Shown here: positions 24,046 through 39,950 of the stretch, one piece after another
Layout of the letters: each line of letters opens with the position of its first letter
How positions within the stretch are numbered: the first letter of the stretch is position 1
Assembly: GCA_951406725.2 (NCBI GenBank)
Contig: OX597823.1
Coordinates: 37,572,001 to 37,636,000, forward strand
DNA: 64,000 bases
Reading direction: 5' to 3'
Source: Octopus vulgaris
Lineage: Eukaryota
Made by a program: the position numbers and the translations under genes
The notes under the pieces: model-generated
The model's input: only the letters and a program-made list of their open reading frames with translations
What the model was told of the DNA's origin: nothing
Database searches by the model: none

Positions 24046-26222
24046 GTAACTAGCTGGTGTATATAGCAACTAGAACATGCATATGGTAACTAGAAGATGT
24101 ATATAGTAACTAGCAAGTGCACATGGTAAGTAGCAGCTGTATATCATAACTGGCTAGTGAGAATAGTAGCTAGAAAATGAATATAGTAACTAGAAGATGT
24201 ATATAGTAACTAGCAAGTGCATATGGTAACTAGCGACTGTATATCATAACTGGCTAGTGTGAATAGTAGCTAGAAAATGAATATAGTAACTAGCAGTTGT
24301 ATGTAGTAACTCACAGGTGTTTATGGTTACCAGTAGGTGTATATAAGTAACAAGCAGGTGCATATAGCAATTAGCAGGTGCATGTAATATATGGTACCTT
24401 GCTGCTGTATATAGTAATTTGAAGATGTATATAGTAAATAGCTGGTATATATAGTAACTAGCAGGTGCATATGGTAATTAACATGTGTATATAATAACTA
24501 ACAGGTGTATATGGTAAATAGCTGCTGCAAATAGTAACTAGCAGGTGCATATAGTAACTAGCTAGTGTGAATGTTAAGTAACTGGTATATATCGTAAGTA
24601 CCAGGTGTATCTAGTAACTAAAAGGTGTGTATAGCAACTAATAGGTGTAAATAGTAAATAGCAGGTGCATATGGTAACTAGAATATACATATAGTAACTA
24701 ACAGGTGTGTGTAGAAACTCACTGGTGCGTATAGTAGCAACCAGGTGTATATGGTAATTAGCAGGTGCATATAGTAACTAGGTGTACATAGTACTTAGCA
24801 GGTGTATATAGTAACTAATAGCTGCATATAGTAAGTAGCAGGTGATTATGGTAACTAGAAGGTGTATATAGTAAGTAGCATTGTATATGGTAACTAGCTG
24901 ATGTATATAGTAATTAGCAGTTGTATATATTAACTAGGAGGTGCATATGATAACTAGCAGGTGTATATAGAAAGTACCAAGTGTATATGGTAACTAGCAG
25001 ATGTGTATAATAACTAGAATGTGCATATAGTAATTAGCAGGTGTATATAGTAACTAGAATTTGTATATGGCATCTAGCAGGTGTATAGAATAACAAACTT
25101 ATGTATATAGTAGCTAGTAGGTGTATATAGTAACTAGCTTGTGTATATGTTATGTAGCAGGTCTATATGGTAAGTAGCTGGTGTATGTAGTGACTAGGAG
25201 GTGCATATATACTAACCAGCAAGTATGTCTAGTAACTAGAAGTTGTATATGGCAACTAGCTGGTGTATATTGTACTATCTGGTGTATATTAACTACCAGG
25301 TGTATATGGTAACTAGGTGTACATAGTATGTAGCAGCTGTATATAGTAACTAGAAGTTGCATATAGTAACAAACTGCTGCATATAGGAACTAGATGGTGC
25401 ATATGGTAACTACCTGGTGTACAGATTAACAAGATGTATGTAGTAACTAATAGGTCTATTGAGTGACTAGCTGGTGCATATGGTAACTGGCAGGTGTATA
25501 TAGTAACTCGAAGGTGTATATGATATTTAAAATGGGTATATAGTAACTAATAGATATATATAATAACTAGCAGGTGCATCTGGTAACTAGCAGGTGTGTA
25601 TACCAACTCAAATGTGTATATAGTAATTAAAATGTGTATATAGTAAGTAGCAGATGCATATGATAACTAGCAGATGTATATGGGATCTAGCAAGTGCACA
25701 CCATTACTAGTCAGTGTTTATAGAAACTAGCAGGTGTGTATAGTAACTAGCTGGTGCATATAGTAATTAGCTGGTGCATATGGTAACAAGCAGGTGTATA
25801 TAGTAACTAGCAGGTGTATATGGTAACTTGGAGGTGTATACAATAACTAGCAGGTTTATATGGTAACTACTCTCTTCTGCAGACATGGGAGTATGATGTA
25901 GCCCTTGGAACCTTCAGATTTGTCAAATTGTCCAACCCATGCCAGTATGAAAAGCAGACATTAAATGATGATGAGTTGGGTGGGAGACTTGGGGGAAATA
26001 GAGACAGACATACAGTGATAGAGATAGATGTCAGATGTACATTGGGGGTAGCTATAGTGAGTGGAGGGACAAGGGTTGTGAGGAATTTGTCAATGGTAGA
26101 AATGCTAGAATGATGAGAATGATAGCAGATAAGAGAGGAGTGTTAAAGATAAGGTAATGGCAGTCTTAAGATGTTGCCCAGAGGTGGAGTGAAGATAAAC
26201 AAGGTACAAACAAAGGGGTTAC

Positions 26223-26680
26223 CATCATCATCATCGTTTAACGTCCGTTTGACATGCTGGCTTGGGTTGGACGGTTCAACTGGGGTCTGGGAAGCCAGAA
26301 GGCTGCACCAGGCTCCAGTCTGATCTGGCAGTGTTTCTACAGATGGATGCCCTTCCTAACACCAACTACTCCAAGAGTGTAGTGGGTGCTTTTTATGTTC
26401 CACCGGCACAAGGGCCAGAGGCAGCTGGCAACGACCACAATCGGTTGGTGCTTTTTATGTGCCACCAGCACAGAAGTCTGTCAAGGCAGCACTGGCATTG
26501 GCCATGTTCGGCCAGTGCTTTTTATGTGCCACCGGCACGGGTATCACAACTACAATTTCCATTTGATTTTGGTTTTGATGTACTTGACTCAATAGGTCTC
26601 CTCAAGCACAGCATGTCACCCTACAATCCAAGGTACTTTTAAGTGGGCTGATTATGCGACACAGGTTACAGCTGTGAACT
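26223..26680 (-). mobile_element. Retroposon 3' tail ending in (GAT)n (RTE-type LINE/SINE tail)
   Basis: CATCATCATCGTTTAACGTCCG...GGCTGCACCAGGCTCCAGTC...GGATGCCCTTCCTAAC; homologous copies at 45058-45375 and 56733-56930, and in + orientation at 31720-31895 and 40320-40470. Confidence 0.75.
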
Positions 26681-26683
26681 CAC

Positions 26684-26729
<46 letters not shown>

Positions 26730-26731
<2 letters not shown>

Positions 26732-26875
26732 TACATCAAAAAATACCTTAGGAATGAGAACCCAGATTCCAAAATTTCCCCAAGACACCTGATGAAGGCT
26801 GGAGGGTATATCAGCCGAAATGTGTTAACAACAAAGATGAGGACACATATCTGTCAAATGTAAATAATGTACAGT
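26730..26875 (+). mobile_element. Short PLE-like fragment with hammerhead motif, next to (TAA)n
   Basis: GACAC-CTGATGA-A-GGCTG(GAGGGTATAT)CAGCC-GAAA-T-GTGTT at 26784-26826. Confidence 0.6.
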
Positions 26876-26877
26876 TA

Positions 26878-27220
26878 GGCGCAGGAGTGGCTGTGTGGTA
26901 AGTAGCTTGCTTACCAACCACATGGTTCTGGGTTCAGTCCTACTGCATGGCACTTTGGGCAAGTGTCTTCTACTATAGCCTCGGGCCATCCAAAGCCTTT
27001 TGAGTGGATTTGGTAGACAGAAACTGAAAGAAGCCTGTTGTATATATGTATATGCATATATATATATATATGTGTGTGTGTGTGTTTGTGTGTCTGTGTT
27101 TGTCCCCCCAACATCACTTGACAACTGATGCTGGTGTGTTTACATCCCTGTAACATTTACTGTGGCCATGCTCTAGCATGGCCACAGCAAATGACTGAAA
27201 TAAGTAAAAGAGTAAAAGAG
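26878..27220 (+). mobile_element. SINE (dominant family) with internal deletion in the tail
   Basis: Head nearly identical to 3410 copy (GGCGCAGGAGTGGCTGTGTGGTAAGTAGCTTGC). Confidence 0.88.
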
Positions 27221-27649
27221 AGAGCAATTAAAGATGCATTTGCTACCCTTCTACCACTCTGTATTAGATCCCCCCATACGGCACACTAAGTTAAACTATA
27301 AGTTCCGTCTAGCTTGGAATTCCCAGACAAACAGGAACTTGATGGACCACTTATGATTTTGGTATAAAATGAACCACTTGTAATGTGTGCGCATGTACGT
27401 GCGTGTGTGTATGTGTAAACATCTGAATGACCTATTTCTCCTTTCAGGTGATTGTCACACAAAAAAACAATGTCTTTAACTAAAATGTATGGGAACAAAC
27501 GTAATTGCATAGTAGTTGACTAATCAGAAACGAAATAGAGTCAGTGTGTTTTTATTGACAAAAATGACCCTCCCAATATACAACATAGACAGGATTTATA
27601 GACGTATGTCATGTCTACCAACTGTAGCACCATAGTTCCCCAACTGCAA

Positions 27650-29492
<1,843 letters not shown>

Positions 29493-29559
29493 TTTATTTA
29501 AAGCAGCAGAGAAAATTCAACAAAACCTGTTACTCTGAGTTTCCTGTTGCCGTTCATAA

Positions 29560-29637
<78 letters not shown>

Positions 29638-29948
29638 GCGCGCATGTGCATGTGTGTGTACATGTGTGTGTGCGTGTGTAAGAGAGAGAGAGAGAGAGAC
29701 TATAGGTGCAGGCATGGCTTGCTTCCCAACTACATAGTTCAAATTCAGTCCCATAGCATGTCACCTTGGACAAGTGTCCTCTACCTTAGTCCTAGGTCTA
29801 CCAAAGCCTTGTAAATAGCTTTGGTTAATGAAAACTGAAAAATGCCTATTATACATATGCATGTGTGTGTACCATTATGACAAACAAACATTTAATGATG
29901 GTGATCATGATATGTGTGTGTGTGTGTGTGTCTGTGTGTCTGTGTATA

Positions 29949-31147
29949 CAAGTAGCATAAGGTATCTGAGGGCATACATTTTTGGGTCATTGCTGATTTT
30001 TGCTAATGCTGTATAATCTTTGTTTCAGAAAATTATAATGGCAGACCCTCAGCTTACTCAAGAAATGAAGAGGCATGCTGTTATTGTGGTTATAAAGGCT
30101 GAGCATAGTGATTTAGAAATATCTCAATTTTTAAAAGTTGCCAGATCTTTCATCTACAAAGTTTGTAAGAAGCAAGAGACTGAAGATGGAAATGTATTAC
30201 CAATATCAAAGCATAAAAAGCTTTGAATTTATCCAGCAAGTTCAACAGAACATTGATTACAATCCCAGAAAGTCCATGAGGTCAATTGCAAAAGATCTCC
30301 GTGTGTCAGAAGGAACAGTCAGAAATGTTGTCCGCAAGTCTTATATGATGAGGAAAGGTCAATTTGTCAGATAAAACAAAAGAAAATCATTACATCATAT
30401 CTAAAAGGCTCTTAAACAAACTGAAAAATCTAGCAGAAGAAGATTTGATTTGGTTTTTCTCAAATGAGAAAAACTTCGACCAAGATCAAAAAGTTAACAG
30501 AAGAAATGACAAATGGTTATGCGTATACCCCTCTGAAGTTCCAAGTGTTTTGCATACAAAATTTCCTGCAGCTGTCATGGTTTTAGGGGTTGTCAGCAAT
30601 GAAGGACATATGATGCCTCTTTACTTCTTTCCACAAGGCCTTAGAGTTAACTCTGCTGCCTACATTGAGGTCCTGGAAATAATAATAGACTGCTTGCAAT
30701 TGAAGGCTATATGTGTTTCATTAAGACTGCACTATCACACATGACTCTAGTAACACAGGAATGGATGGCTGAAAATTTTCCTCATCACATAACTCCTAAC
30801 ATTTGGCCTTCTAATTCCCCAGATCTCAATCCATTGGACTACTATGTATGTAGCATTGTTGAGAGAGAGGTCAATGAACAAGCCCATAACACCAAAGATT
30901 CTATGAAAGTTGCCAGAGTCAGAGTAATGTCCAAAATGAACCAGGACTACTTGATTTGAGCATGTAGATGATTAAGATCTCATACAGAAGCAGTTGTTGA
31001 AGCTGAAGGTGGCTTTATTGAATAACTTTATAGAAAAGGTTTTTTTTTTATCCTCATAGCATTTTTGATAAATGAAGTTATTATCTGTAATTATATATCT
31101 GTTGTTTTATCAACATAAATCTGTCTTCAAATATCTAACGCACCCTG
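29949..31147 (+). mobile_element. Decayed Tc1/mariner of the maT/DD37D (Bmmar1-like) type, near full length
   Basis: Broken ORFs 30020-30959 with KSMRSIAKDLRVSEGTVR, WFFSNEKNF, KFPAAVMVLGVVS, IWPSNSPDLNPLDYY; imperfect TIRs (TA|CAAGTAGC.../...GCACCCTG|TA). Confidence 0.88.
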
Positions 31148-31354
31148 TACATATCTATTTAAGTCACAGTATATGGATTCAAGCAATCCTGTAGTAATTA
31201 TAAAAAAATCTCCTTAATGTATCATTCTACGAAACATGTAGTAGAACATACAGCACAATAAAAGAGAAAATGGTAAGGAGTGTAGAGAGTCATAAATAAC
31301 AGAGAAATAGTTTGATAAATTTTATCTAACAATAAAAAATTCAAATATCATGCC

Positions 31355-31532
31355 AGGTGAAATGCTTAGCAGCATTTTGTCTGTCTTCACATTCTGAGTT
31401 CAAATTCTACCCAGATTTTGCCTTTCATCCTTTAGGGGTCAATAAAATAAGTACCAATTGAGTACCGGGGTTTATGTAATTGACTTACCCACTTCCCTGA
31501 ACTTGCTGACCTTGTGCCAAAATTTGAAATCA
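31355..31532 (+). mobile_element. Old SINE-like repeat, fourth family
   Basis: TTCTGAGTTCAAATTC...GCCTTTCATCC...AAAATAAGTACCA...CCTTGTGCCAAAATTTGAAATC; reverse copies at ~16240-16450, 39225-39415 and 40017-40210. Confidence 0.65.
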
Positions 31533-31865
31533 ATATTTAACATTAGTTTAGCTGTTGGAACTACTGGAAAGAACTCATGTAATCTTAGGGATCTTCAGAT
31601 TTTCTGTTATTTCTTGCTCTTTAGAAAGAATTGACAAGGAATGAAGCCCTCTCTATTGCAGCCTCATTCAATGAGGGAGATTTTTGTCTTGCAAGCTGCA
31701 TAATGACCTCCATAATTCTAGTGCCATGAGAAAAGGCAACCAATACACTCTGTAAAATCCAGCTGTAGAAACCATGTCAAAGCAGACACTGGAGCATGGT
31801 GCAGTCCTAGGACCCATTAAATCCTCTCAATTCATCTAACCTAGCATGGGACATAGATGTTAAAA

Positions 31866-31896
<31 letters not shown>

Positions 31897-32904
31897 TTTA
31901 CTTGATGGTTAGGTTTTTACTGCTCCTTGCATTAAACATGTCAGCATTAACTTAGCTATTATTTTTCCTGCAATGGTGTCTCTGAGTAATATTCTCTGAA
32001 TGTTACTTGTTTTTCTATGTACATTGTTTTATATACACTCAGTGATTCTATAGTTATTAATTCAGCCAGAAAAGCAAAATCTCTGCTTTATTGATGAAGT
32101 CAGAAAAGCATCAAAATATGTTTAGAGTTGCTTTCTTTTATTTCCTGATACAAAATATTAGTGCTTGCCAAACATTTTTTTTTCCACGTTATCCATTTAT
32201 TTGTAGTCAGGTATCCCTTTTTTTAAAGCTCCCTGCACTGTCAGATATGTTAATCGTAACTTAACTATTTACCTGTATTTGGGTAAATTTTTCAGGTGGT
32301 GGATGGGTTGTTAGTGATGACATTCGGCCAACAAAATTCTAATCAGTTAGAGCTAATGGAAATGAAGTTTTCAACATGAATAGAAGTAACAGTCAAATTT
32401 CCTTCAAATCACATTCTACCATCTTCAAAAAAGAAGGATGCATTAGATAATGTAATTCTTCACTCCCCATTAAAATAACAAGATGGTTACAACCGGAATG
32501 TCATGACCATCATGGATGAGTTTGATTTGTTTGACCTGGAAGTGTGTGTGTGTGGTGGGGGTAAACAATTGCTTTAAAGTTCTTCCCTACACTTATCACA
32601 TTTAACTCTATGTAAAGCTACAAAATACGGCTATTAAGTGTTAAGTACCTTGTTCTTGAACATGACACAATAATGAAAGAGGAAATAATTCTCCAATAAT
32701 ATAATGTATAGTAAATTATGAATGTATGGTACTTGATTATATATTAATTCATAGTACTTTATTAACTCATTCTACTTTATGAATTCATGGTACCTTAATA
32801 ATTCCTTGTACTTGTCATATTTTAATTAATTGTACATTATTAATTTATGATTCTTTGTTATATATTAATTCATTGTACTTTTTAATTCATTGTAGTTTAT
32901 TATT

Positions 32905-32961
<57 letters not shown>

Positions 32962-32964
32962 ATA

Positions 32965-34378
32965 TATGTGGAAGAAAACTGGAAGTTTCTACACGACAAC
33001 CTACTGAGGGCCACTGACCAGATGGTGCAAAGTCCCCTCTCGACCAAAAATAGCATGGTGGTGGAACAATGTTGTTGACAGGGCTACTAGAGAAAAGAAA
33101 TAGACGTGGAAGGACTGAAAGAATGGTGGTAGCAGGGAATCATATCAGATCACCACAAGGGAAGCTAGAAGACAGGTTTATTTAGCCAAAGGGGAAGCAG
33201 ATAAAAAAAATTTGCCAATGTTCTGTGCCGTGAGGACCAAAGACATGAGGTATTTTGTGTTGCAAGACAGTGTGTGAGAGAGAATCGTGATGTCATAGGA
33301 GAGAAATGTGTCCGCATGGATGATGGTTCACTTGCACTAAAGGAGGCTGCAAATAGAGAGGTTTGGAGATGTCACTATGAAAGGTTACTCAATAAAGAGA
33401 ATGAATGGGAGAAAGAGAGTCTGCCGAATGTCGACCCAACAGAGGGACCAGCTATCCGAATTGACAGTACCTTGGTAGATAAAGCAATTAAGAGTATGAA
33501 GACAAGGAAAGCCCCCAACCATCAAGAATCACCGTAAAATATCTGGCGGTGTTGGCTATAGTCTAGTCACCCGTACAGTTAACCAGGTGATACATGAAGG
33601 AGTCATACCCAATGACTGGTGTAGCAGCATCATAGTCAACTGCTACAAAGGTAAAGGTGACGCTTTAGATACAAATAATTACAGGTAATGAAGGTCACGG
33701 AGAGGGTCATAGCCCAACTAATTAGGGAGAGAGTCAGTTTAGATGAGATGCAGTTTAGGTTTGTACCAGGGAAAAGTACCACTGATGCTATATTTCTGGT
33801 AAGACAGCTGCAGGAAAAATACCTAGCCAAAGATAAACTCCTGTACCTGGCTTTCAGTGACATAGAGAAAGCCTTTGACGGGGTCCCCCGATCCCTTATC
33901 TGGTGGTCAATACAGAAACTAGGGATAGATGAAAGGTAAGAGCTGTTCAAGCCATGTACAGGGACGCTGTCAGTAAGGTGAGGGTTGGCAACGTGTACAG
34001 TGAAGAATTCCAGGTAGAGGTCGGGGTCCACCAAGGTTCGTTCCTCAGCCTCCTCTTATTTATCATAGTCCTCCAGGCAATAACAGAGGAATTCAAGACA
34101 GGATGCCCCCGGGAGCTCCTCTATGCTGATGACCTTGCTCTAATTGCTGAGTCACTATCAGATCACATCAGTGAAACATGGGCCGTGACTGCTGAGGACA
34201 TGCATGAGCTTGTAAGGAATGAAGCCAGTATGCTCTGCTGGATGTGCAATGTCAGTGTGCATACACGACAGAGTGTAAGCGCTCTGAGAGAAAAGTTGGA
34301 TTTAAGAAGCATCAGAAGTGGCGTGCAAGAGAGACAACTGCACTGGTATGGTCATATGTTGCAAATGAGTGAGGCTAG
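32965..34378 (+). mobile_element. RTE-clade LINE fragment (reverse transcriptase pseudogene, internally deleted)
   Basis: QFRFVPGKSTTDAIF, DIEKAFD, GVHQGS.LS..LF, LLYADDL; stops and frameshifts; close relative at 58213-59708. Confidence 0.92.
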
Positions 34379-34379
34379 C

Positions 34380-34998
<619 letters not shown>

Positions 34999-35289
34999 TA
35001 TATATATACATATACATATATATATATATACATATATATATATACATATATATATACATATATTATACATACGTATATACATATACACACATATGTATAT
35101 ACATATATATATACATATATATAAACATGTATGTAAATAAATAAAATAAAAGAAATGAAAGTAATATATATATACAAAGTGAAAATATTAATAGTGAAAC
35201 CTATTAAAACTGAAAGCATTATCTCACATTACAATAGAGATGTTATTGTTTCACTTTTGACATGTAATACTAAAATAGTGTAAGAGCTA

Positions 35290-35460
35290 AGAGATTTCTC
35301 CGGGCTCACATTAGGCAAGATGTTGAAAACTTTTTGGGCCTATGATATTGCATGGACCATAAGTAAGGCATGTGTAAAATTTGAATGAAAGCAGTTGAGT
35401 AGTTCTAGAGATTTTACAGGCAGAAATGCATACGCACATTCTCAGTTATATATATAGAGA
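35290..35460 (-). mobile_element. Helitron 5'-end fragment
   Basis: Plus strand ends ...CACATTCTCAGTTATATATATAGAGAT, the same architecture as the 5' ends of the other Helitrons in the window. Confidence 0.45.
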
Positions 35461-36108
35461 TGGTAGTTTGTCAATTTATGGTACTTTGATATATATTATT
35501 TCATTGTACTTCATTGATCAAAGGTACTTTATTAATTCATTGTACTTTAATGATACATGGTACTTTATTAAGTATTAATTCAGTGTACTTTATTAATTCA
35601 TGGCACTTTCATCAGCTTCCCTCCCTTTTTTTCACTCTGTACTCCGCTTCCTACAGAGTTAGTTCTTCAGAGGTAACATTTTAGCAGGGATACAATGGTG
35701 GTGCGGTTAAGAAGTTTGCTTCCTAACCACATGGCTTGGGATCCAGTCCCACTGCATGGTACCTTGGGAAAGTAGCTTCTATTATAGTCCTGAACTGACC
35801 AAAAACTTGTGAGTGGATCTGGTAGAAAAAAACTGGAAGAAGCTCGCTGTATATGTACATGTGTGTGTGTGTGTGTGTGTTGGTGTCTCCTTGTGTTGAT
35901 ATGGTGTGAAAGCTGTAAACGAGTGTCACTGTCATACAAGCAGTGTAATTCATTTGTAATATTGTGCAAGAATACATCTGGCTAAAAGAAAATATTACCT
36001 TGCTTGGAAGCAGTTAAGGGTTGGTGACAGGAGAGACATCTGGCTGTAGTAGATCTGCTTCAACAAATTCCTTTAGACCCATGCATGGATGGGAAAGTTG
36101 ATATCAAA

Positions 36109-36206
36109 TGATGACGATAACAACGAGGATGATGATGACAACAACAACAACGAAGATGATGACGACGATGATGATGATGGTAATGATGATGACAATGATG
36201 ATGACA
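36109..36206. repeat. (GAT/GAC/AAC)n trinucleotide tract at the end of a SINE/retroposon (~35690-36110)
   Basis: Direct reading; source of the poly-D/poly-S pseudo-ORFs. Confidence 0.85.
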
Positions 36207-38025
36207 ATACATTTGCCTTACACTGTAATTTCATCCTGAAGACTTTTAAATTACATGTCACAAGATTTCTACATTACTTACCAGGCAAACCACTTTTTTA
36301 GTTAAAGAACACTTAAGTACTTGTGTGTTTTGAACTTGCAGAAGGAAATGCAAATATTCATAATTCTGTTCCTAGAAACAAATGAAGGATACATCACTCA
36401 AAATAAAATAAAAATGAATACACAAACAAAGGGAACGAAACTCTTTATTAAGATTGGTTGACATTATTAGCTAACACAAGACAACTGATGTTTTTTTACA
36501 TCTATTCATTGGCAGGAAATAAAAAATGAATTGGTTTAACAATAAGAAATCTAATTGGACTTTCTCATTCAGGAACATCCACTTGGAAATAAGGATAGGT
36601 ACCACTTCTATTCCTTATCAGCTGAATTGTGCTTTCATACATAAAAACATTAAAACGCTTTCATGCCTACTTGTAAAGGAAGACTGTGTGTGTGCAAGTG
36701 CATGTGTGTGTGTGTGTGAGTGTATGTACTCATTTGTGTATGCACTCATGTGTGTGTGTGTGGTCTCTTCAGTCTATTGATAATTAATATTTGAGGGCAA
36801 CAAATGAGCTTCTATATTTGACTTACTGTAAACAACAGTTGTATCTCCATCAAATCATATTCTACTATTTTAAAACAAAAGAACTCAGTAAATAATGTCA
36901 TCCCTCACAGCCTCCTAAAATGGCCAACAATAAATATCTGGCAGATTATGCTTACCTTATTTCTTTCCCGCCTTCACACATTCTCTGTATTTAACGTTAT
37001 GCTTCACACCTCATATACAAACATCTTAAAATTTACCCTTCACTCATACCCTTACTAGTAAAGTTCTATAAACTTCTTTCATTATCTAGCCACTCTGACT
37101 TTGAAACACCCACATTTATTGTCAATTAGATGACTCAGGTAACAAAGGCTACCAGCTGCAACTGGGGAACCTGCTAGACATTTCAAAAAATTTATTCCAC
37201 ATGTGCTCTTTCTGTTTATTATTTTTGTGAATTTTCTACTTACAAAATCCTTCTATGTAATGAGATGTGCCTCAATGAAAATCGTCTGACCCATGCAAGC
37301 ATGGAAATGTGAACGTTAAAACGATGATGCCTGTTGATGATATAGGGGTGTACTTATTAAGATTATAAAAGAATAACAGCGTGAGATTTGGTTGGCATTT
37401 CTAGCAGGTTAAGCAAATGCATAGAGACTCCCTTCTAAAGTATTAATCATTTAACAATTTAACAAATTATTTAACAAACTGGATTTACTTTCTTTGTTTC
37501 AGCCAAGGTAAAATATCAACCAAAACACCACTCCCATGTACAGCTGAATGGATAACATAAAAAAAAAACATTTAGAAATAAACTTTTGAGAGAAATATAT
37601 TTAAAACAAAATAAAGCCAGTTACATCTATATTATTAGATTTAGCTGGTTTTATTGTGTTATAAATATTTTTTAGCTAAACTAAAGCAGTATTTATGGAA
37701 CTATCTACCATGTATTCCCTATCATTTGAGGTTGACAATAAACATTTGAATTAATGTCTTTATTATTTTACAAAACCCTCTAAGCATTTAGTAGCTTCGT
37801 GTGTTGGCCAGCATTTCTGCATTCAGTACTCTACATCATGGGGCTGGTGTACTTTAGATCCATGACTGGATCGATAAATAATACAATTCTATAAATATTT
37901 ACTTTTTCTTTTCCTAAATTTTCGTTTATTGAACTGAAATGATGTCGGTACAAGGAATAACATAGTTATCTCCCTTACATTATACTTTAAAATATTTTCT
38001 GCACGATATTTTTTTTTATATATAA

Positions 38026-38426
38026 CTAGCAGTATCGCCCGGCGTTGCTCGGATTTGTAAGGGAAATAACTATATAAGCATTTTTAGAGATGTAAAGTAT
38101 AATAGCCATCTCAATATGGCTAATCACAAAGGTGTGGGGGGGGTGACTGTAGCTTTTTACGTTCTGAGATTTAATAATAAATTTTTAGAGAGTTACTTCC
38201 CTTATATATGCCACAAATGCATTAAAAAATGGGAAAAATTGATGGTAATTTTTTTTTTTAATCGTAGACTCATCGTAGAAGCGCGCTAATACCCAGCAGG
38301 GCTCGATATGAATCACGACTATAAGATAGCCGGTTTTGGTTAAACTGCACTGCAAAATGTGGGAGTAGTTAGGAATCTAAATCGTAGGAGACAGAGAGCA
38401 CACAACCTCACTTTTATATATAAAGA
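38026..38426 (-). mobile_element. Non-autonomous Helitron (~400 bp)
   Basis: A|TCTTTATATATAAAAG ... TCCGAGCAACGCCGGGCGATACTGCTAG|T; both ends highly similar to 13376-13884. Confidence 0.85.
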
Positions 38427-38427
38427 T

Positions 38428-38830
38428 AATGAAATTATTGTGTATAGTGCTTGGGTGCAATACATGTATAGTACATAGAATTAAGTACAAAAGCTAAGAA
38501 AATGAACAGTGTATGAGTCATGATATACATGTGTGCATGCGTATGGAGGTGGGGATATCAAATGTAGTGCTGGCGAATTTCAGGAAGCATGAAGGTTTTA
38601 AAGGATGCAATGTCTTGGCAACTAACAACTGATGCAGGTAGTTTGTTCCATGCTTCAGCAACTCTGAGTGCGAAAAAAATGATTCCGAAAGTCATGAGAG
38701 ATGTGCTGTTCACTGACTTTGTAAGCATGCCCGCGTGTTTTAGACACAGAGTTCAAAAAGGGGGCTCAAGGTGGTTGTTGGCACGATGGTTAACAATTTC
38801 GTGGGTGTTAACCAAGTCAGTTGCCAGCTT
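38428..38830 (-). mobile_element. CR1/L2-group LINE 3' end
   Basis: Homologous to 41153-41580 (TTGTTCCATGCTTCAGCAACTCT = RVAEAWN). Confidence 0.75.
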
Positions 38831-39589
38831 CTTTCAAAATGAGCTTCTATTTAGTATTAAAGAATAAATTTATGACTGTTTATAAATATTCATAGTTTTA
38901 ATTCCACCTTAGAATCGATTTACCTAAATCTTTGATTCTTTTGAGAAAAAGAGGAAAATCACAGAGGCCAACTTTGCCTGTCATCTTTCCAAGGTTGATA
39001 AAACGAAGTACTTATCAAAGAATAAGGTTGACACAGCGTTCTTGAAGCAAAAAAGATGGTCTAGAATCCCAAATGATTCATCTTAGTGTTTCCTATTTGT
39101 GCTTTAAGAGTAGATAAGGGTTTAGCTTTCTTAGGCTACAGTATTCTTGAGATGAGGAACAATCATCTGAAACTGGCTGTGGACAATATCACACAAATCT
39201 TATAATTAACAGGATATAGAAAAATGATTTCAAATTTTGGCACAAGGCCAGTAATTTTGGGGGAGTGACCTAAGTAGATTACATTGATCCCAGTGTTTGA
39301 CTGGTACTTACTTTATTGACCCTGAAGGATGTCAAAAGCTAAGTTGACCTCAGTGGCATTTGAATTCAGAATGTAAAGTCGGAAGAAATGCCACAGCTCT
39401 GCCAGCTTGCTGTCTTTAGGAAATAGAATAAGCTATTACACATCGTATTGGAATAACATCATCAGGGTTAGAATGGATATCACCTATCTTGCACAGATAT
39501 AGAATGATATCACACACTCCAGAGTGGTGCAACCAAATGGTATCCTCCATCAGAAACCATACCATAATGAGACTGTTTCCCTGGTGCAT

Positions 39590-39950
39590 GGATTCACTGA
39601 AGCCTCGGCGTTTGGCGACGGACTTATGTAAACACCCACAAAGTTATCAACCACCTCACCAACAACAACACTGAACACCTTTTTGATCTCCATGTGTCTA
39701 ACACACGTGGACATGCCTACAAAGTCAGAAAACAATACAGCTCCCATGACTTTCGGAAACATTTTTTCACGCTCAGAGTTGCTGAAGCATGGAATAAACT
39801 GCCTGCGTCAGTTGTTGACTGCCATGACACTGCATCTTTTAAGGCCCTCATGCTTTCCGAAATCCGCCGAAACTACACCTGATTATATATACACTTTAGA
39901 TGAGTTGTAGTGCACCTGAGCACTGTACACAATTATTATTATTATTATTT
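39590..39950 (+). mobile_element. CR1/L2-group LINE 3' end with (ATT)n tail
   Basis: ORF 39694-39882 NTRGHAYKV...RKHFFTLRVAEAWNKLP. Confidence 0.85.

Larger units (their letters stand above)
16670..25870. repeat. Interrupted 20-bp minisatellite, consensus ACTAGCAGGTGTATATAGTA, with an inverted sub-block and embedded transposons
   Basis: Blocks at ~16670-17180, 17390-17440, 17720-18250, 19178-19965, 21208-21680, inverted 21710-21733 and 23026-23570 (TTACTATATACACCTGCTAG), and 24045-25870. Confidence 0.95.

Noticed and set aside
16670-25870. CRISPR-like array or repetitive protein gene
   Set aside because: Units are contiguous with no unique spacers, no cas genes are present and the context is eukaryotic; the 20-bp period breaks frame and all frames are stop-rich
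36073-36301. Acidic poly-Asp or poly-Ser protein
   Set aside because: Expanded (GAT)n tail of a retroposon
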